Source: Octopus sinensis (lineage: Eukaryota). Taken from it: a stretch of DNA of 64,000 nucleotides. Below, piece by piece: positions 1 to 12,408 of this stretch (positions are counted from its first letter, which is position 1; every line of letters begins with the position of its first letter). The translations under genes were made by a program, and so were the position numbers. Where the stretch lies: assembly GCF_006345805.1 (NCBI RefSeq), contig NC_043006.1, positions 30,442,001 to 30,506,000 of the forward strand, read 5' to 3'. The notes under the pieces are model-generated. The model did not search any database, was not told the DNA's origin, and saw only the letters and a list, made by a program, of their open reading frames with translations.

Positions 1-3000
1 AGAGAGGCAATAGTAAAGAAGAGAGAAAGATAAAGTGAGATCAAGATAAAGGGCTTCTTTATAAAGTTTATTCCTTTGAATTACATTGATATAAAGAAAC
101 ACAGTTTTGAAATGTCATTTTTAAGAGTTAACTTCTAAATAATAAATGTAGAGAAACCAATATATTTGATCAGTGGCAGATAAGTATGGGAGAATATTCC
201 TCTCTGAAGATCGTAACAGATGAAGATGACAAGGAGGATTCCACTTGAAAAATTTCCAACCACAACAATCAAAACTAAAGAATATTTTTTAGTAACAGAC
301 CTTGAAAACTACCGTTCCAAATTGCAAAGTCAATGGATATGAAAAGGAACCAATGAACACTACCACCACCAATGACAGAAATAAGAGTTTTAGTAGTAGT
401 AGTAGTAGTAGCCATAATAATAATAATGATAATTGTAGCAGTACTAATTGTTACAGTAATCAGAAAAGCATAAGGTTAAAAGCCAATAAGTTAAATAAAA
501 CAAACTTCATGAATGACATTTATACAGAGGATGAAATATGAATGACAGTGAAAATGTTTGACAGCAAGGAATGAGAAAAGAAACTACACAACAAAGAAAA
601 ATATTTTTAAAAAAAGTGGGTTGTGTTTCTAAATTGATTTTTTTCTCTCTCTGATAAATTCTAAATAAATTCTAATATTAATAATCAAAATACAAAGATG
701 GTTAAATGCTAATTACTTAGATGCTTAAAATGTAAGAAAAACATGAAAATTAGGGAGCAGAGTTTGGTGGACCACAAAGTGTGTTAATCTTTCATAGAAC
801 CACTCTGGCTTCTCCAGCTGCACACAAAAATAACCATGGCTATCACACAATTATTATACAAGATATAAGCATTAGCGTTATTAAGTGTACATCTCAGACT
901 CAGCTTATATATGTTATATATATATGTGTGTGTGTGTGTGTATTGCATTTCTATGAATATATTCTACAATATGATATGGCTCAACAACACATTGTTACGA
1001 TGACAAAACTATTCATGGATGAGCAGAACTCTTGGCTTTATAGCCATTCCATTATCAATGGAATTTCTGATTAAATTTGTCTATACATACACACACATAT
1101 TTATGTGTGTGTGTGTGCACATATATATATTGAAAATTTTAATGAACATTCTGAGCAAATCATTTCAGTTATATACCCTTAGATCAGAAAAAGATACACT
1201 TCAAAATAATGTAAATGAAAGCTAAAATGAAATTTGAGTGACAAGTAGATTCCTGTCACAAAACTATGCAGACAATGTAACACAACAGAACTGATATCAT
1301 TCTTGAGATGCACCAAATTCTCGATCAGGATTTTATTTGATATCTCTATAGACACTCTTGAAATCTTGTTGCTTTCTAATCCCAACAAATTGAAATCAAG
1401 AATTTTTACAAGGGCCCTACACTAATAAGGATATCAACAGAGAAAGTATAAAGAAGGTTCTCCACATGTTACATTTCTCAAGTTATCTTCTACTTGTGCA
1501 TTTTTGCTAGCAAGCTGAATAAAATTTAACTTTACCATTCATTTGAATTATTTTCTGAATTTTAAACTGTGATAAATTTAGTGTGTGTATTTTATTAAGA
1601 AAAATAAGTAGAATCATTCTATGCTGTCAGTGTTTTGAAGATTATGAAAGACATAAGCAATTTTAACAAAAACTTCAAAACACATATGAACACATACAAC
1701 AGTAAATCATCCAAAATACCAAACCAAAGTCTAGATTAATAATAGAAATGTTTTGAAATATTACTTTTAATTATGTAGCCATTAATGTCTACTAGATGTC
1801 TCAAGCATTTTGTTTGCTTTTTGTTGTTTATTGTTAGAGTTGCTTATCTTTTTATGAATATTTCCAGGTTAGAAACAGATTTTTTTCAACTAATGTTAAT
1901 TCTTATTCAAAAGGACCAATCAAAATTACACATAAATATACTCTAACTACAATTGTCATAATAATAATAAATGGCAAACAAAATAAAAATCAACAATAAT
2001 AATAGTGTTTGTGGTGTTGATGATGATGAGGATGATGGTGATAAAGATGATTGCTGGGTTGAGCTGAAAAACAGGGAAGGACTGGATGGGACCAAGAACT
2101 AGTTATAATTCATTGGTTTCTTTTAAGAATATTCAAAGAAGCACCGGATGGAGCCAAACATGAAAAGTGGAACTGAAATCTTCCAAAGTAGGGCTAACTA
2201 AAGAGTAATTGATACAAGAATACATGAAGAATAGTAAGAGATGTATGAAGTCAGCTTGCTCTAAAGGTGATTAGAGATGGGGAGTGGGGTGGAATCACAA
2301 CACAGTTACAGTTTTAAATGTTATACAAAGCAAGCTGCTTAAAGATATTGGGGGGAATGAATGCTGAGTGGTTACCAGTTGTCACCAAATAAATAGGCTT
2401 AAAATACATTTTTGGAAAAACTAGAACAAAATGAGTTCCTTCTATCAGCAGTTATTGTTTCCACTTCATTTCAAATGAAAATTGAAAATAAAATGCAAAT
2501 TTAGAATTCTTTTTCTGCACCTGCAGTGTTTTTTAACTGAATTGTGGGATAGAACTAACTAACTATATATGTGTATGTATATATATATATGCATGTGTGT
2601 GTATATATATAATTATATATATATATATAATTTGCACACTAACAAAACAAATTATTTATAAAGGCAGGAAAGGAGCAAACACTGAAGTGAATGCTCATAA
2701 GTGGCTGAGGAACAAAACTCAGCATCATTATGTTATTGAGTCTGCCAATTCAATAAGTTAGTATTGCCCCGTTTCTGATTGAGACCAAAAGGGCGAGGAG
2801 AGGAAAAAAAAAAAAAATTAACAGAATAGAAGAATATTAATGTTAAATATATCAAATGATAAACAATCAACAGTAAACAACTATTTTCAAATGAACTCCA
2901 GCAAATTAGGATTAAATTTTTTAAAAAAATTTTAAAAACATGTAATCTTGACCAATATTTTATGTCTGTGTGGGTTGTCTTCCCATTTGAAGAGAAACAT

Positions 3001-3327
3001 TACAATGTTCCCCACTATAATAACCAAACCTTTTCAGGAAAATGGCAAGGAATTTAACAGGAATATTTGGGGAAAAAAATAAATGGAAGTTTAGATAGAA
3101 ATTAACCTTCCTTTCTCCGACACTAAATATATAGTGATAAATCCCAAAATATCTTGTGTTTGTGGCAAAATATGTAAAGAATTAAAGTAAAATTTAAAAT
3201 CTCCTACACCCTGCCCACTATAAATGAACAGTAGAAATGGCATCAACTAGGATGATGGCTCAGTGCAGAATGTAAGCAGTACAATATAACAAATAAACAT
3301 ATATCTATATATACATACAGAAGTGCA

Positions 3328-3367
<40 letters not shown>

Positions 3368-3413
3368 TACATGAATCAAGATACAAATGTGTTCATTACT
3401 ATGTATGTATGAA

Positions 3414-3456
<43 letters not shown>

Positions 3457-3922
3457 GTGTATGTAAATGTGCCTGTAAGTGCATATGAAGATGTTTGTAT
3501 TATATATTGTTAAAAATGATATTCATGTGTATATATATGCAGACATGGATATATATGTGTATGTATGTGTTTGTGTGTATGTATGTATACACATAGATAT
3601 TCATACACGTGATTGTGTATGAAAACATATACATGTAGTTCAAGTTTATCTACAACACTGCCATAATGAAATGGTATAAAATAGTGATGAAATGGCAGAA
3701 AACTATTTAAGTTCACACAGGGATTTTTTTTTTAATAACAGAATGTTGTATTTGCTCCATAAAGAATTCTCTTTGAAATTTTTCTCCGCAACATTTTTTT
3801 TTAAAACGTTTTTGAAATTTTTCTTTTTTCTGTAATCTATATCAAACTTTCACAACCAATCACCAGAAAATAATGATGAGCCAGGACATTTCATGAAATG
3901 AGGGGAAAAACAAAACTGGTAA

Positions 3923-5008
3923 TTAGTTATGACCTCTGCCAAAAAGCATGCTCTGTTGATTCGGCATCCCTCCGCTATTCAATCTGTTTTGCGAGTAGTT
4001 TTGCACACCAAAGTTCTGCTGGTTTCCGCCGTAATAATTTGGTTGGTTGTCATTTCGTCCACCCATTCCACCACTACATCGAGAGGAAGGCCCACCTCCC
4101 ATGCTACCATTCATTACACCTACTGGATTTCGCATGAGGCTGTTTACGGCATTTCCGCGCATTCCAATATTATTGCGACAATTTGCATTACCCAGTAAAC
4201 TAGGAAGTCCACTGGTTCCTCCACCTCCTCGGTTCATTCCATTACCACCGCCACCGCCACCACCTCCACCTCCGTTACCGCCACTCATCATGGACCTCCC
4301 TCTTATCTGTTGTCCCATTAATGGTGCTGCGGAATTCCCACGCATAGAGGAAGAACCTCGAGGAAACCGGCCACGTCCTCCCTCAGTAAATGTGAAACCA
4401 CCGTAATCGTTGGCATAAAACTCTTCAAAATTGTGAGGATCATAAGGTTCAATGACGCCTTTCGGGGGTGCAGCCTCCAGGAGCTGATAGATATGTCTTA
4501 TACAGTCTGTGACCACAGGTGGGTGTCCAGACATCGCAACAACGCGATCTGTAGACTGGGGACAGCATAATGAGTAAATTTTGATATTGGCACCGGTTTT
4601 TTCGCGCAATTCTTTAACTTTAAAGCCAGCTCTGCCAATTATACAACCAGCTTGACTCTGATGAACCAAAATTCGAACTTCACAATCAAAATCCTGACCG
4701 TTTTTGTATTGTTTATATTCTTCCAATGAGGGAATGATATCCAACAAACATTCCAGGGCAGTTTCGAGGTCAGTACTGACAGTTAGGATCCTCTCCGGTC
4801 CCGAACAATCGGGGACTGTGATATTTGCTTTGAAGTCGTTTCGTAGTCTTTTAATGTTGTTACCACCTTTGCCTATGATGGCACCGGCATTTTTACTCTG
4901 GAGTAAAACACGGACATCGATCCGTGTTTTACTTCCACGTGGTCTCTTCATAGCAGAGCAATCAACGTCTTCGAGAGGTCGTTTTGTCAGACCTTCTTTG
5001 TTATCCAT
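3923..5008 (-). CDS. HNRNPK: hnRNP K-like KH-domain RNA-binding protein, 361 aa, intron-free CDS; KH1+KH2 only, low-complexity G/N/M/R tail
   Basis: N-terminal KRPLED...KRPR bipartite NLS; KH1 (VRVLLQSKNAGAIIGKGG..IKRLR); KH2 (VRILVHQSQAGCIIGRAG..VKELRE); post-KH2 motif YDPHNFEEFYANDYGGFT. All resemble hnRNP K as recalled from established knowledge. No third KH domain before the TAA. May be a paralogue rather than the main orthologue. Confidence 0.9.
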   Translation of the reverse strand: MDNKEGLTKRPLEDVDCSAMKRPRGSKTRIDVRVLLQSKNAGAIIGKGGNNIKRLRNDFKANITVPDCSGPERILTVSTDLETALECLLDIIPSLEEYKQYKNGQDFDCEVRILVHQSQAGCIIGRAGFKVKELREKTGANIKIYSLCCPQSTDRVVAMSGHPPVVTDCIRHIYQLLEAAPPKGVIEPYDPHNFEEFYANDYGGFTFTEGGRGRFPRGSSSMRGNSAAPLMGQQIRGRSMMSGGNGGGGGGGGGGNGMNRGGGGTSGLPSLLGNANCRNNIGMRGNAVNSLMRNPVGVMNGSMGGGPSSRCSGGMGGRNDNQPNYYGGNQQNFGVQNYSQNRLNSGGMPNQQSMLFGRGHN

Positions 5009-5075
5009 ATCTCCAACAAAAAAAAATTATATATCCAAGTTACCGCTGACAACGGAGTGTAATATTTTGGGGTTG

Positions 5076-5528
5076 CTGATTAATAACAATTTAAGGAATA
5101 TGATAAAGAAAAAAAAACAAAATAAAGCAAAGCAATTTAAATAAAATATTTGACTCTGGGAAAAAATAGTAACTGTTGAAATCGGTGAGGGGGAGAGGAA
5201 GTAAAAATGTAAAAATATGTATTGTGGTAAAGTGATGTAGTTGTTATTTGAAATAAAGCAGTAAAGTTAAACAGATGTAGGGGCGGAAGGTGTGTTCCTT
5301 CTTCTTTGATTATTGGTTTTCAAAATAATTACACAGAAATTAAAACAGAATATAGTCTTGGTAGTGGGGTAAAATAGTGAAAGAGGAATTACTTTTTTGA
5401 ATTTCAAAACACGTTATCTGTAAAGTGAATGCAGAATTGTCAGAAATAGACGTTAAATTTGTTTGGTATACAGGATTATTTTGAAGGTTCATAAATAACG
5501 TGACGCGTGACAAAGACGCCAGAAATAC
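5076..5528 (-). other. Putative 5'UTR intron of the hnRNP K-like gene
   Basis: Minus-strand donor CAG|GTATTT (exon ends 5529). Acceptor TTATTAATCAG|CAACC (exon resumes 5075), preceded by a long T-rich tract. Motif-based only; no transcript evidence. Confidence 0.4.
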
Positions 5529-5680
5529 CTGTAAGTCGGTTGACAACGGCAGTAATAACAGAAAAAGCGAATCTGTCAACAAAAAACCAGGATTAGTTAA
5601 GATGGCCGCCAAACAGGCAGCTTTTCTACCTCCAGTATTAGAGATCGTTATGTTACTCCCCACACGTTGACGTACACCAC
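5280..5680. promoter_or_regulatory. CpG-enriched promoter-like region upstream of the hnRNP K-like gene
   Basis: GGGGCGGAAG (GC-box/ETS-like) at 5280-5289, YY1-like AAGATGGCCGCC at 5599-5610, TGACGC/TGACGT CRE-like motifs, and local CpG enrichment against an AT-rich background. Confidence 0.55.
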
Positions 5681-5684
5681 CACA

Positions 5685-5915
5685 AGCTTTGCACAGCGCA
5701 CAACCTATATGCTAACAGACATAACATTGCACACAGCATTTATATTAAACTTTACGTTGCACACGTTTATATTACATACTTAATATTGCATACATTTATA
5801 TATTACAGACTTTACACTGCACACAGCATATATATCATAAACTTTACGCTGTATAACGACATTTATATTACAGATATACATTGCACACAACGTATAACAT
5901 ACATATTACCAGGAT
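5685..5915 (+). repeat. Degenerate minisatellite, about 30-bp unit (ACATTGCACAC...TATATTACA), about 7 copies
   Basis: Recurrent TTGCACAC/CTGCACAC followed by TTTATATTA at roughly 30-bp spacing. Confidence 0.7.
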
Positions 5916-7066
5916 ATATATCACCTGTGTTGCTAACTGCATAAAATTAATATATACAGTAGTTTGTGCACTCACTCAAAATGTACCTACACCTTTCAAG
6001 TGTTAAGAATATAATTTATAGTACAATTGAAACAATCGTTTATAAGCATTTTTTTTTTAATGCTAGATAATATCAAAATTAATTTTTTCTGCGGTTGAAA
6101 AAAAAAATATTTCTCATTCTTTTAATTTGTTTTTATCAGAGTATAAATACGAAATAATTTTTAAAAGTAAATAAAGAAATTTTCATTTTTTTAAGTATAT
6201 TATTTTGTTGCATGCACTTTATAAACAAGAAATTAAAGAGGACTTTTATGTCAGTCAGGGAAACAAATCACCCACCATTTTATTATTTATTTTGAAAAGC
6301 GTTTTACGATGAAAAAAAAAATAATAGTAAATAAATCGCTGTTTCTAACAGGGGAAACAGTTTTTCACAAACGTAACAGGTAGAGTTATAGAAATATAGG
6401 CATTCTTTCAATATATATTTTATTTTGTAATCATGATATAATGCAAGTGACTGGATTCGAAACTTTATACATAGCCATTGACCACACGGCTTGGCAACCA
6501 CACCCCATTTTTATACATTTTGAAATTCTTTCGTTTCGTTTCGAAATTCCATTTCTGATTTTTGCTTGTTGCGCTCGAAAGGACGAGTTTCCCACTGAAC
6601 TGTATCATCACAAACGTAAATTCACATTCACTTACACGTGAATGAAAGAAAAGACAAAGATTCAATACAAGTGGTGTGAAATATAAAAATAGATAATTTT
6701 ACATACTTATTCATGTAACTACAAGGTTAAATACTAATAGACGTGCGTCTTTCTGTAATAAAGCTGATTGAGAAATTTTTCCTGTACTATGCTACCCCAA
6801 TCCGTAGTTGACAAGAAGTATGTGACCAGCAGTCGTACTTTTCTTTGCTTTAAGAGATTTTAAAATGCTATAACATTTTAAAGATATCTTTGTCCAGTCA
6901 TTGCCCGCAAATTTTGAGAGGCTGCATCTTTGATCTTGAAATTTGCATTAAAAAAAGTATGTTTTTATAGTTTTCAATCTAATGTAAGAGCAAAGTGCGC
7001 GACCTGGGGGACAACCAAGCGTACATGCACATACACAAAAATCTAAACACACACACATATATTAAC

Positions 7067-7224
7067 TAATAATCGGTGGAAGTTACTTAGGATTCGGAGG
7101 GCCGAGAGCTTCGTGTATTAGCACTTACCAAACGGTTTTTAACTAAATTTGAAACCAGTTTGATAAGTGCCAATGCTCGAAACTCTCGGCCCTTGAGTCA
7201 CTTTGCTACTTCTACCGATTATTA
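7067..7224. repeat. 158-nt imperfect inverted repeat (long hairpin; MITE-like)
   Basis: Arms 7067-7083/7208-7224 and 7099-7133/7158-7192 pair in one register, including the perfect pair GGGCCGAGAG/CTCTCGGCCC. Loop about 11 nt. Confidence 0.85.
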
Positions 7225-7289
7225 ATAATTCATATATGATGGAATCTCGCGTCGGAGACGATGTATGAGTTCATTTTTTTTCCTTTTTC

Positions 7290-7545
7290 TTTTTTGTTGA
7301 ACAACCTGCAGAAATGATTTGTTTATAGAGATCAAATGTTTGTGTTGTACATCAGCTCACTCTCTCCATTGTATCGACGTTACCGGAACAGGGGCTCAGT
7401 GTATCCTACGTCAGGTGTCGAAGTGAATGCAGAGCAATGGGAGATGAAGTATTTTGCTCAATAACGCAACGCACCATCCAGCCTAGGAATTGAAAGCACC
7501 ATCGCGTGAGCAACTACCCTAACAACTAAGCCATGCGCCCTCGAC
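7290..7545 (-). mobile_element. tRNA-derived SINE
   Basis: Minus strand begins GAGGGCGCATGGCTTAGTTGTTAG (A-box-like), then a degenerate B box (TTCAATTCC), then a TTGAGCAAAATACTTCATC core-like segment. Confidence 0.6.
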
Positions 7546-7689
7546 AACTTGTTAGGGCCACTGACCAAATTTGTGTTTGGTGCAAGGTCCCTTTTCGACT
7601 TAAGGTGACATGGTAGTGGAATAGTGTAGCTGACAAAGTTATTAGAGAGAAGAAAGAAGCCTGAGAGGACTAGAAGTGTGGTGGTAACA

Positions 7690-9860
7690 AGGAGCTGTAT
7701 CATATAGCCAGAAGGGAAGCTAGGAGACAGGTATATTTAGCCAGGGGAGAAGCAGTAAAGAAGCTTGCAAATATTCTGCAGCATGAGGACCAGAGGCTTG
7801 AAGTGTTTCAGATTGCAAAACAGTTTGTAAGCGAAAATTGTGATGCCATAGGAGAGGAGTGTGACCACATAGAAGATGGTTCACTTGCCGCTAATGATTC
7901 TGCAAAGAAAGAGGTTTAGAAATGCCATTATGGAAGGCTACTAAATATAGAGAATGCATGGGAAAAGGAGAGTCTGCCTAATGTAGACTAAACTGAGGGA
8001 CCTGAATTTACAGTAGCTTGGTAGATAAAGCAACTAAGGATATGAAAACAGGGAAAGTCCCCCAGCTCATCAAGAATCACTGCTGAGATGCTTAAAATAT
8101 CTGGCAGAGTGGGATATGGCTTAGTCATTCATATAATTAATTAGGTTGTGCTCAAGGGAGTCATACCCAATGACTGGTGTAGCAGTACTATAGTCAGCTG
8201 CTACAAAGGTAAAGGTAATGCCTTAGACAGGAATAATGATAGAGGTATCAAACTGCTGGACCGGGTAATGAAAGTTATAGAGGAGGTTATAGCTCAAGTA
8301 ATTACAAAGAGAATTACCCTACATGAGATGCAGTTTGGTTTTATGCATGGAAGCACAACTGATGCTATATTCCTGGTAAGGCAACTTCAGAAGTATTTAG
8401 CCAAAGATAAACTTCAATATTTGACTTTTGTCAACATAAAGAAAGCCTTTGACAGGGTACCCTGTTCCCTTATCTGGTGGTCAATGCAGAAGCTAGCAAT
8501 AGATGAGTGGTTTGTGAGAGTCATACAAGCTATGTATATAGATGCTGCCAATAAGGTGAAGGTTGGCAACAAGTATAGCAAGTGTATAGTGTATTAAGTA
8601 GGAATTCACCAAAGATCAGTTCTCAGTCTCCTTCTTGCTTATCATAGTCCTCCAAGCTATAACAGAGGAATTTAAGACTGGTTGCCTTGGGAGCTCCTCT
8701 ACACTGATGACCTTGTTCTTATTGCTGAATCCTACAGAAGAAATTTCAGGTATGGAAGCAAGGTCTGGAATCTAAAGGCTTTAGAGATAATTTAGGAAAG
8801 ACCAAAGCCCTAGTAAGTAGGAAAGCAGAGAAATCATATGGCCCTGCTTGAAATGTAAGAAAGGTGTTGGTAGAAATTCCATACAATGTACCCAGTGCAA
8901 GCTTTGGACACATAAGAGGTATAGTGGTATCACAGGAAGGTTAAAAGAGAAAATAGCCTGGGTGTGGCAAATGTGCAAGTACAATATGCACTAAAAATGC
9001 ACAGACAATAGACTTCCTCAAATGCTCAGGGGGATCATTAGAGGTAGCAGATAGCTTCTGTTACCTAGGAGACCAAGAGGACATTCTGAAAGCATAGTTG
9101 CACCACCATGTCATCATAAGAACAGGCTGGGCAAAGTTCAGATGACTTTTACCTGTGTTGGTAACTAAAGACCTCTCCTTCAGAGTGAAAGGTAAATTGT
9201 ATGATGCCTGTGTATGTACAGCTGTGTTACATGGCAGTGAAACATGGGCCTTGACTACAGAGGACTTGTGACAGCTTGAAACAAATGAAGCTATCATGCT
9301 CCACTGGATGTCTAATGTCAGTGTGCACACATGACAGAGTGTAAATGATTCAAAAGGAAAACTGGGTATAATAGGCATCAGATGTTGTATGCAAGAGAGA
9401 AGACTACATTGGTATGGTTATGTGATGCATATGAAAGAGGACAGCTACATAAAAAAGTGCCAAGCTCTAAATGTGGAAGGGGTAGACCCAGGAAAACATG
9501 GGATGAAGGGGTGGGAAAGGATCTTCAGATGCTGATCCTCACTGAGAAAATGTCAATGGATCAGGAGTTGTGGTGATTTGCTGAAGTTGAGAAGCCATGC
9601 CAAGTCAAGTAAAAATCACTGTCCTCCATACATACAAGACTGTCCTTTACAGGTGCCAGTACCACGTAAAGTGCATTTGTGATGATACTGCATAAACACA
9701 CCGAATGGTTGGCATTAGGAAGGGCATCCAGCTGTAGAAACCATGCCACAACAGACAATTCAGAGTCTGGACAACTTCCCAGCTCCTGTCCAACTGTCCA
9801 ACCCATGGCAGCATGGAAAACAGACATTAAACAATAATAATGATAATGATGATGCTGATG
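7690..9860 (+). mobile_element. Decayed RTE-type LINE, 5'-truncated, with (GAT)n-like tail
   Basis: ORF 8148-8597 ([33 protein letters not shown]) and later frameshifted pieces match the better-preserved copy at 21465-23855. Same 3'UTR, ending in ATG/GAT repeats near 9835-9865. Confidence 0.9.
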
Positions 9861-9863
9861 ATG

Positions 9864-9902
<39 letters not shown>

Positions 9903-10721
9903 TCATGTTTTGAGTTCTATTTTTCTGTTTGCATCACCAAACCTGTATATATGTACTCTTCTGTTTTTAATTATTTAAATTATTCTTCTGAAGATGGGGT
10001 TGGTTTCTAACTAAGATAAAAAGCTCTATTGTTGAAATATAGATAACCAAACCAATGTCACACTTTAAACTTTTAAAAAGTCTTGCACGTTTTTACTGTT
10101 CTGCTTACAGATTGTATTTGTAATGTGTGAGTTAGTTGGTTGATTTCTTTTTCTGAAAACCCTTGCTTAAACAGATTGGTCACTTAGGCATTTACTTACA
10201 AAACAAAGTGCCCCAATTTTTATTGGTAGAAGTGTAAGTTTGTAATCTGGATATAGAAGCTGGAGGTTTCAAAGCAGTTGTCCATAATCATCCTCTTGGG
10301 GGTAGAGATTATGTACATAACCTTTACTCCCAGTTACTCATTCCATAACCACAGTTGATGCAAGTTTGATGAAGTGCCTTTCTAATGTCTAAAACTACAA
10401 ACATTACATAAATTTTCACTTCGAATTTTTGCATAAACAGGCATTGCAAGCAAAGTTGGTACAGAAATGATTATAACGGATTATTAACGATGTGTTAAAG
10501 AATTTTCTTTGTCTTCTTCTCATTTGGATTATTTACTCTTTGCCAAACCCACTTTATGGTGTGACTTGGATTTTCTACACCTGAGGAATTCCAGCTTTGG
10601 CCTGGAACCTGACTGTGTTGATAGCTCAATATTTGGGTTGAGTGCTTCCCTGGAAATACCCCAACTTTACACCCTACCAGGACCTTATATATATATATAT
10701 TATATATATATATATATAAAA

Positions 10722-10990
10722 AACTGAGAATGTGTGTCTGCCTGTCTGTCTGTCTGTCTGTGTGTTTCCCTAAAACTTGAGAACTACACAACCAATTTCA
10801 TTCAAATTTTACACATGCCTTACTTAAGGTCCATGTAGATTCATAGGCAAAAAAAATGTTCAACTTCTTGCCTAGGGCGAGCCCATAGCAATATCATATC
10901 TTCTCCACTATTTCAGTATTACGTGTTAAAAGTGAAACAAAAACATTTCTCTATTTTATGTCAGATACTTTCACTTTAACAATAAAAATT
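10722..10990 (+). mobile_element. Helitron/Helentron-like non-autonomous element, 5' part with (TCTG)n
   Basis: AAAACTGAGAATGTG(TCTG)n...CCCTAAAACTTGAGAACTACACAACCAATTTCATTCAA; a near-identical copy lies at 30320-30550. Family assignment inferred from the (TCTG)n layout and the associated 3' hairpin-CTAGT end. Confidence 0.5.
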
Positions 10991-11639
10991 AGAGATAATA
11001 ATAAAGATTGAATTATATGTGGTTAGTAATAATTAAAATCAAACTAAAGTATAACATATTCGTAACATAATAAAAATTAAAAATAGCAATTGATATAAAA
11101 TTGCATCAATAACTTGAACTTGAATAAGTGGTTTCACATGAATAGGAATAAATTAAAAATAAAATTGATGTGCAGAAATGGAATAGTCCAGATGGAGCTG
11201 TGCACATACCATTTACCATGGCTTTTACATTAGAATATCTGCTAATTAGCTAGCATTAAGTATCTTTATGAAGTTTGGCTGTATGTAATGTCTGTTTTCT
11301 CGAACAGCCGCTTCTACTGAGTACTGCTGTTGGTTTATTTCTTATACATAAAGGACTATAGCTTCAACTGCATGCTGCTTTTTAATTCACCGTAAGGTTT
11401 GTTGTTTGTTGTTATTATTATTACTGTTTAACTCTTGTTATTGGTTCCTCGTAAGGGAAACGTTGTTGTATTGCATTTGTTAAATAATTGTAAACTGTAA
11501 CCCCCACCCCTTTCGGAGAAGGAGCTTTGGTTGTTGTTTAAAAATTGAATTGTGTCCCTGTTTGGGGAAATTGACAATATTTTCACCGTTCATATGGAAG
11601 CATTTTTGTTAGGATGCCTTCGATAGAAGAAAGTCCCAA

Positions 11640-11648
11640 AATGAATTT

Positions 11649-11716
<68 letters not shown>

Positions 11717-12100
11717 GGATATATATATATGTATATGGATATATATATATATATGGTTATATATATATGGATATATATATATGTATATGGATATATATAT
11801 ATATGGAATATATATATATATATATGGATATATATATATATATATGGATATATATATATATATATAATTAATTAATAAGGGTGATAGAATTAGATACTAA
11901 TTTAATAGTAACGCTATTCAACACCGAGTGGCCCAGTGCATACAGAAACCTGGATTATTATCACCTTTTATACATAAATAAATATATATATATATATCCA
12001 TATATATATATATCCATATATATATATATCTATATATATATATATATATCTACATATATATACATATATCTATATATATATATATATATATATAATAATA
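11640..12100. repeat. (TA)n microsatellites with ATGG/ATCC variant units, flanking a short unique cassette at 11866-11975
   Basis: Direct inspection. Confidence 0.95.
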
Positions 12101-12270
12101 AATATTAGGGAATATATCCAAATTTACAGGGAAAAAAAATCAGATTAGGATTAAATCCATTTTATAGTAAAATATTATAAAATATTATTTGAGACAAAAC
12201 CACTATTTTGCAAAACAAACAAGGAAAGACTTAATCAATACATAAAATTTAATAAATAGTCAAAAAAACG

Positions 12271-12313
12271 CCACTACAATCGTTTCTTGTCTTGATCGAC
12301 AATCTTCAGGTGG
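12271..12313 (-). ncRNA. Minimal type I hammerhead ribozyme motif (mirror copy in the left palindrome arm)
   Basis: Exact reverse complement of 12366-12408. Confidence 0.7.
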
Positions 12314-12365
12314 ACTTCCAATAATTCAGTTACAAATTATAATTTGTAACTGAATTATTGGAAGT

Positions 12366-12408
12366 CCACCTGAAGATTGTCGATCAAGACAAGAAACGAT
12401 TGTAGTGG
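12366..12408 (+). ncRNA. Minimal type I hammerhead ribozyme motif
   Basis: Stem I CCAC/GTGG; core CTGAAGA (12370-12376); stem II TTGTC/GACAA with loop GATCAA; GAAA; short stem III AC-GATT-GT; cleavage triplet GUA (predicted cut after 12404). Confidence 0.7.

Noticed and set aside
1-3900. Search for a downstream KH3 exon or another gene (including ORF 1179-1388)
   Set aside because: No GxxG KH motif or convincing splice-bounded coding segment seen; treated as 3'UTR or intergenic. A profile search could overturn this.
4047-5144. Plus-strand ORFs (89, 119 and 146 aa) antisense to the hnRNP K-like CDS, one proline-rich
   Set aside because: Explained as shadows of the GGN-rich, stop-poor coding strand; no independent domain or start context.
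9985-10060. CTGAAGA followed by a hairpin, a possible further hammerhead
   Set aside because: No GAAA..NUH in the correct position after the stem; at best a decayed remnant.
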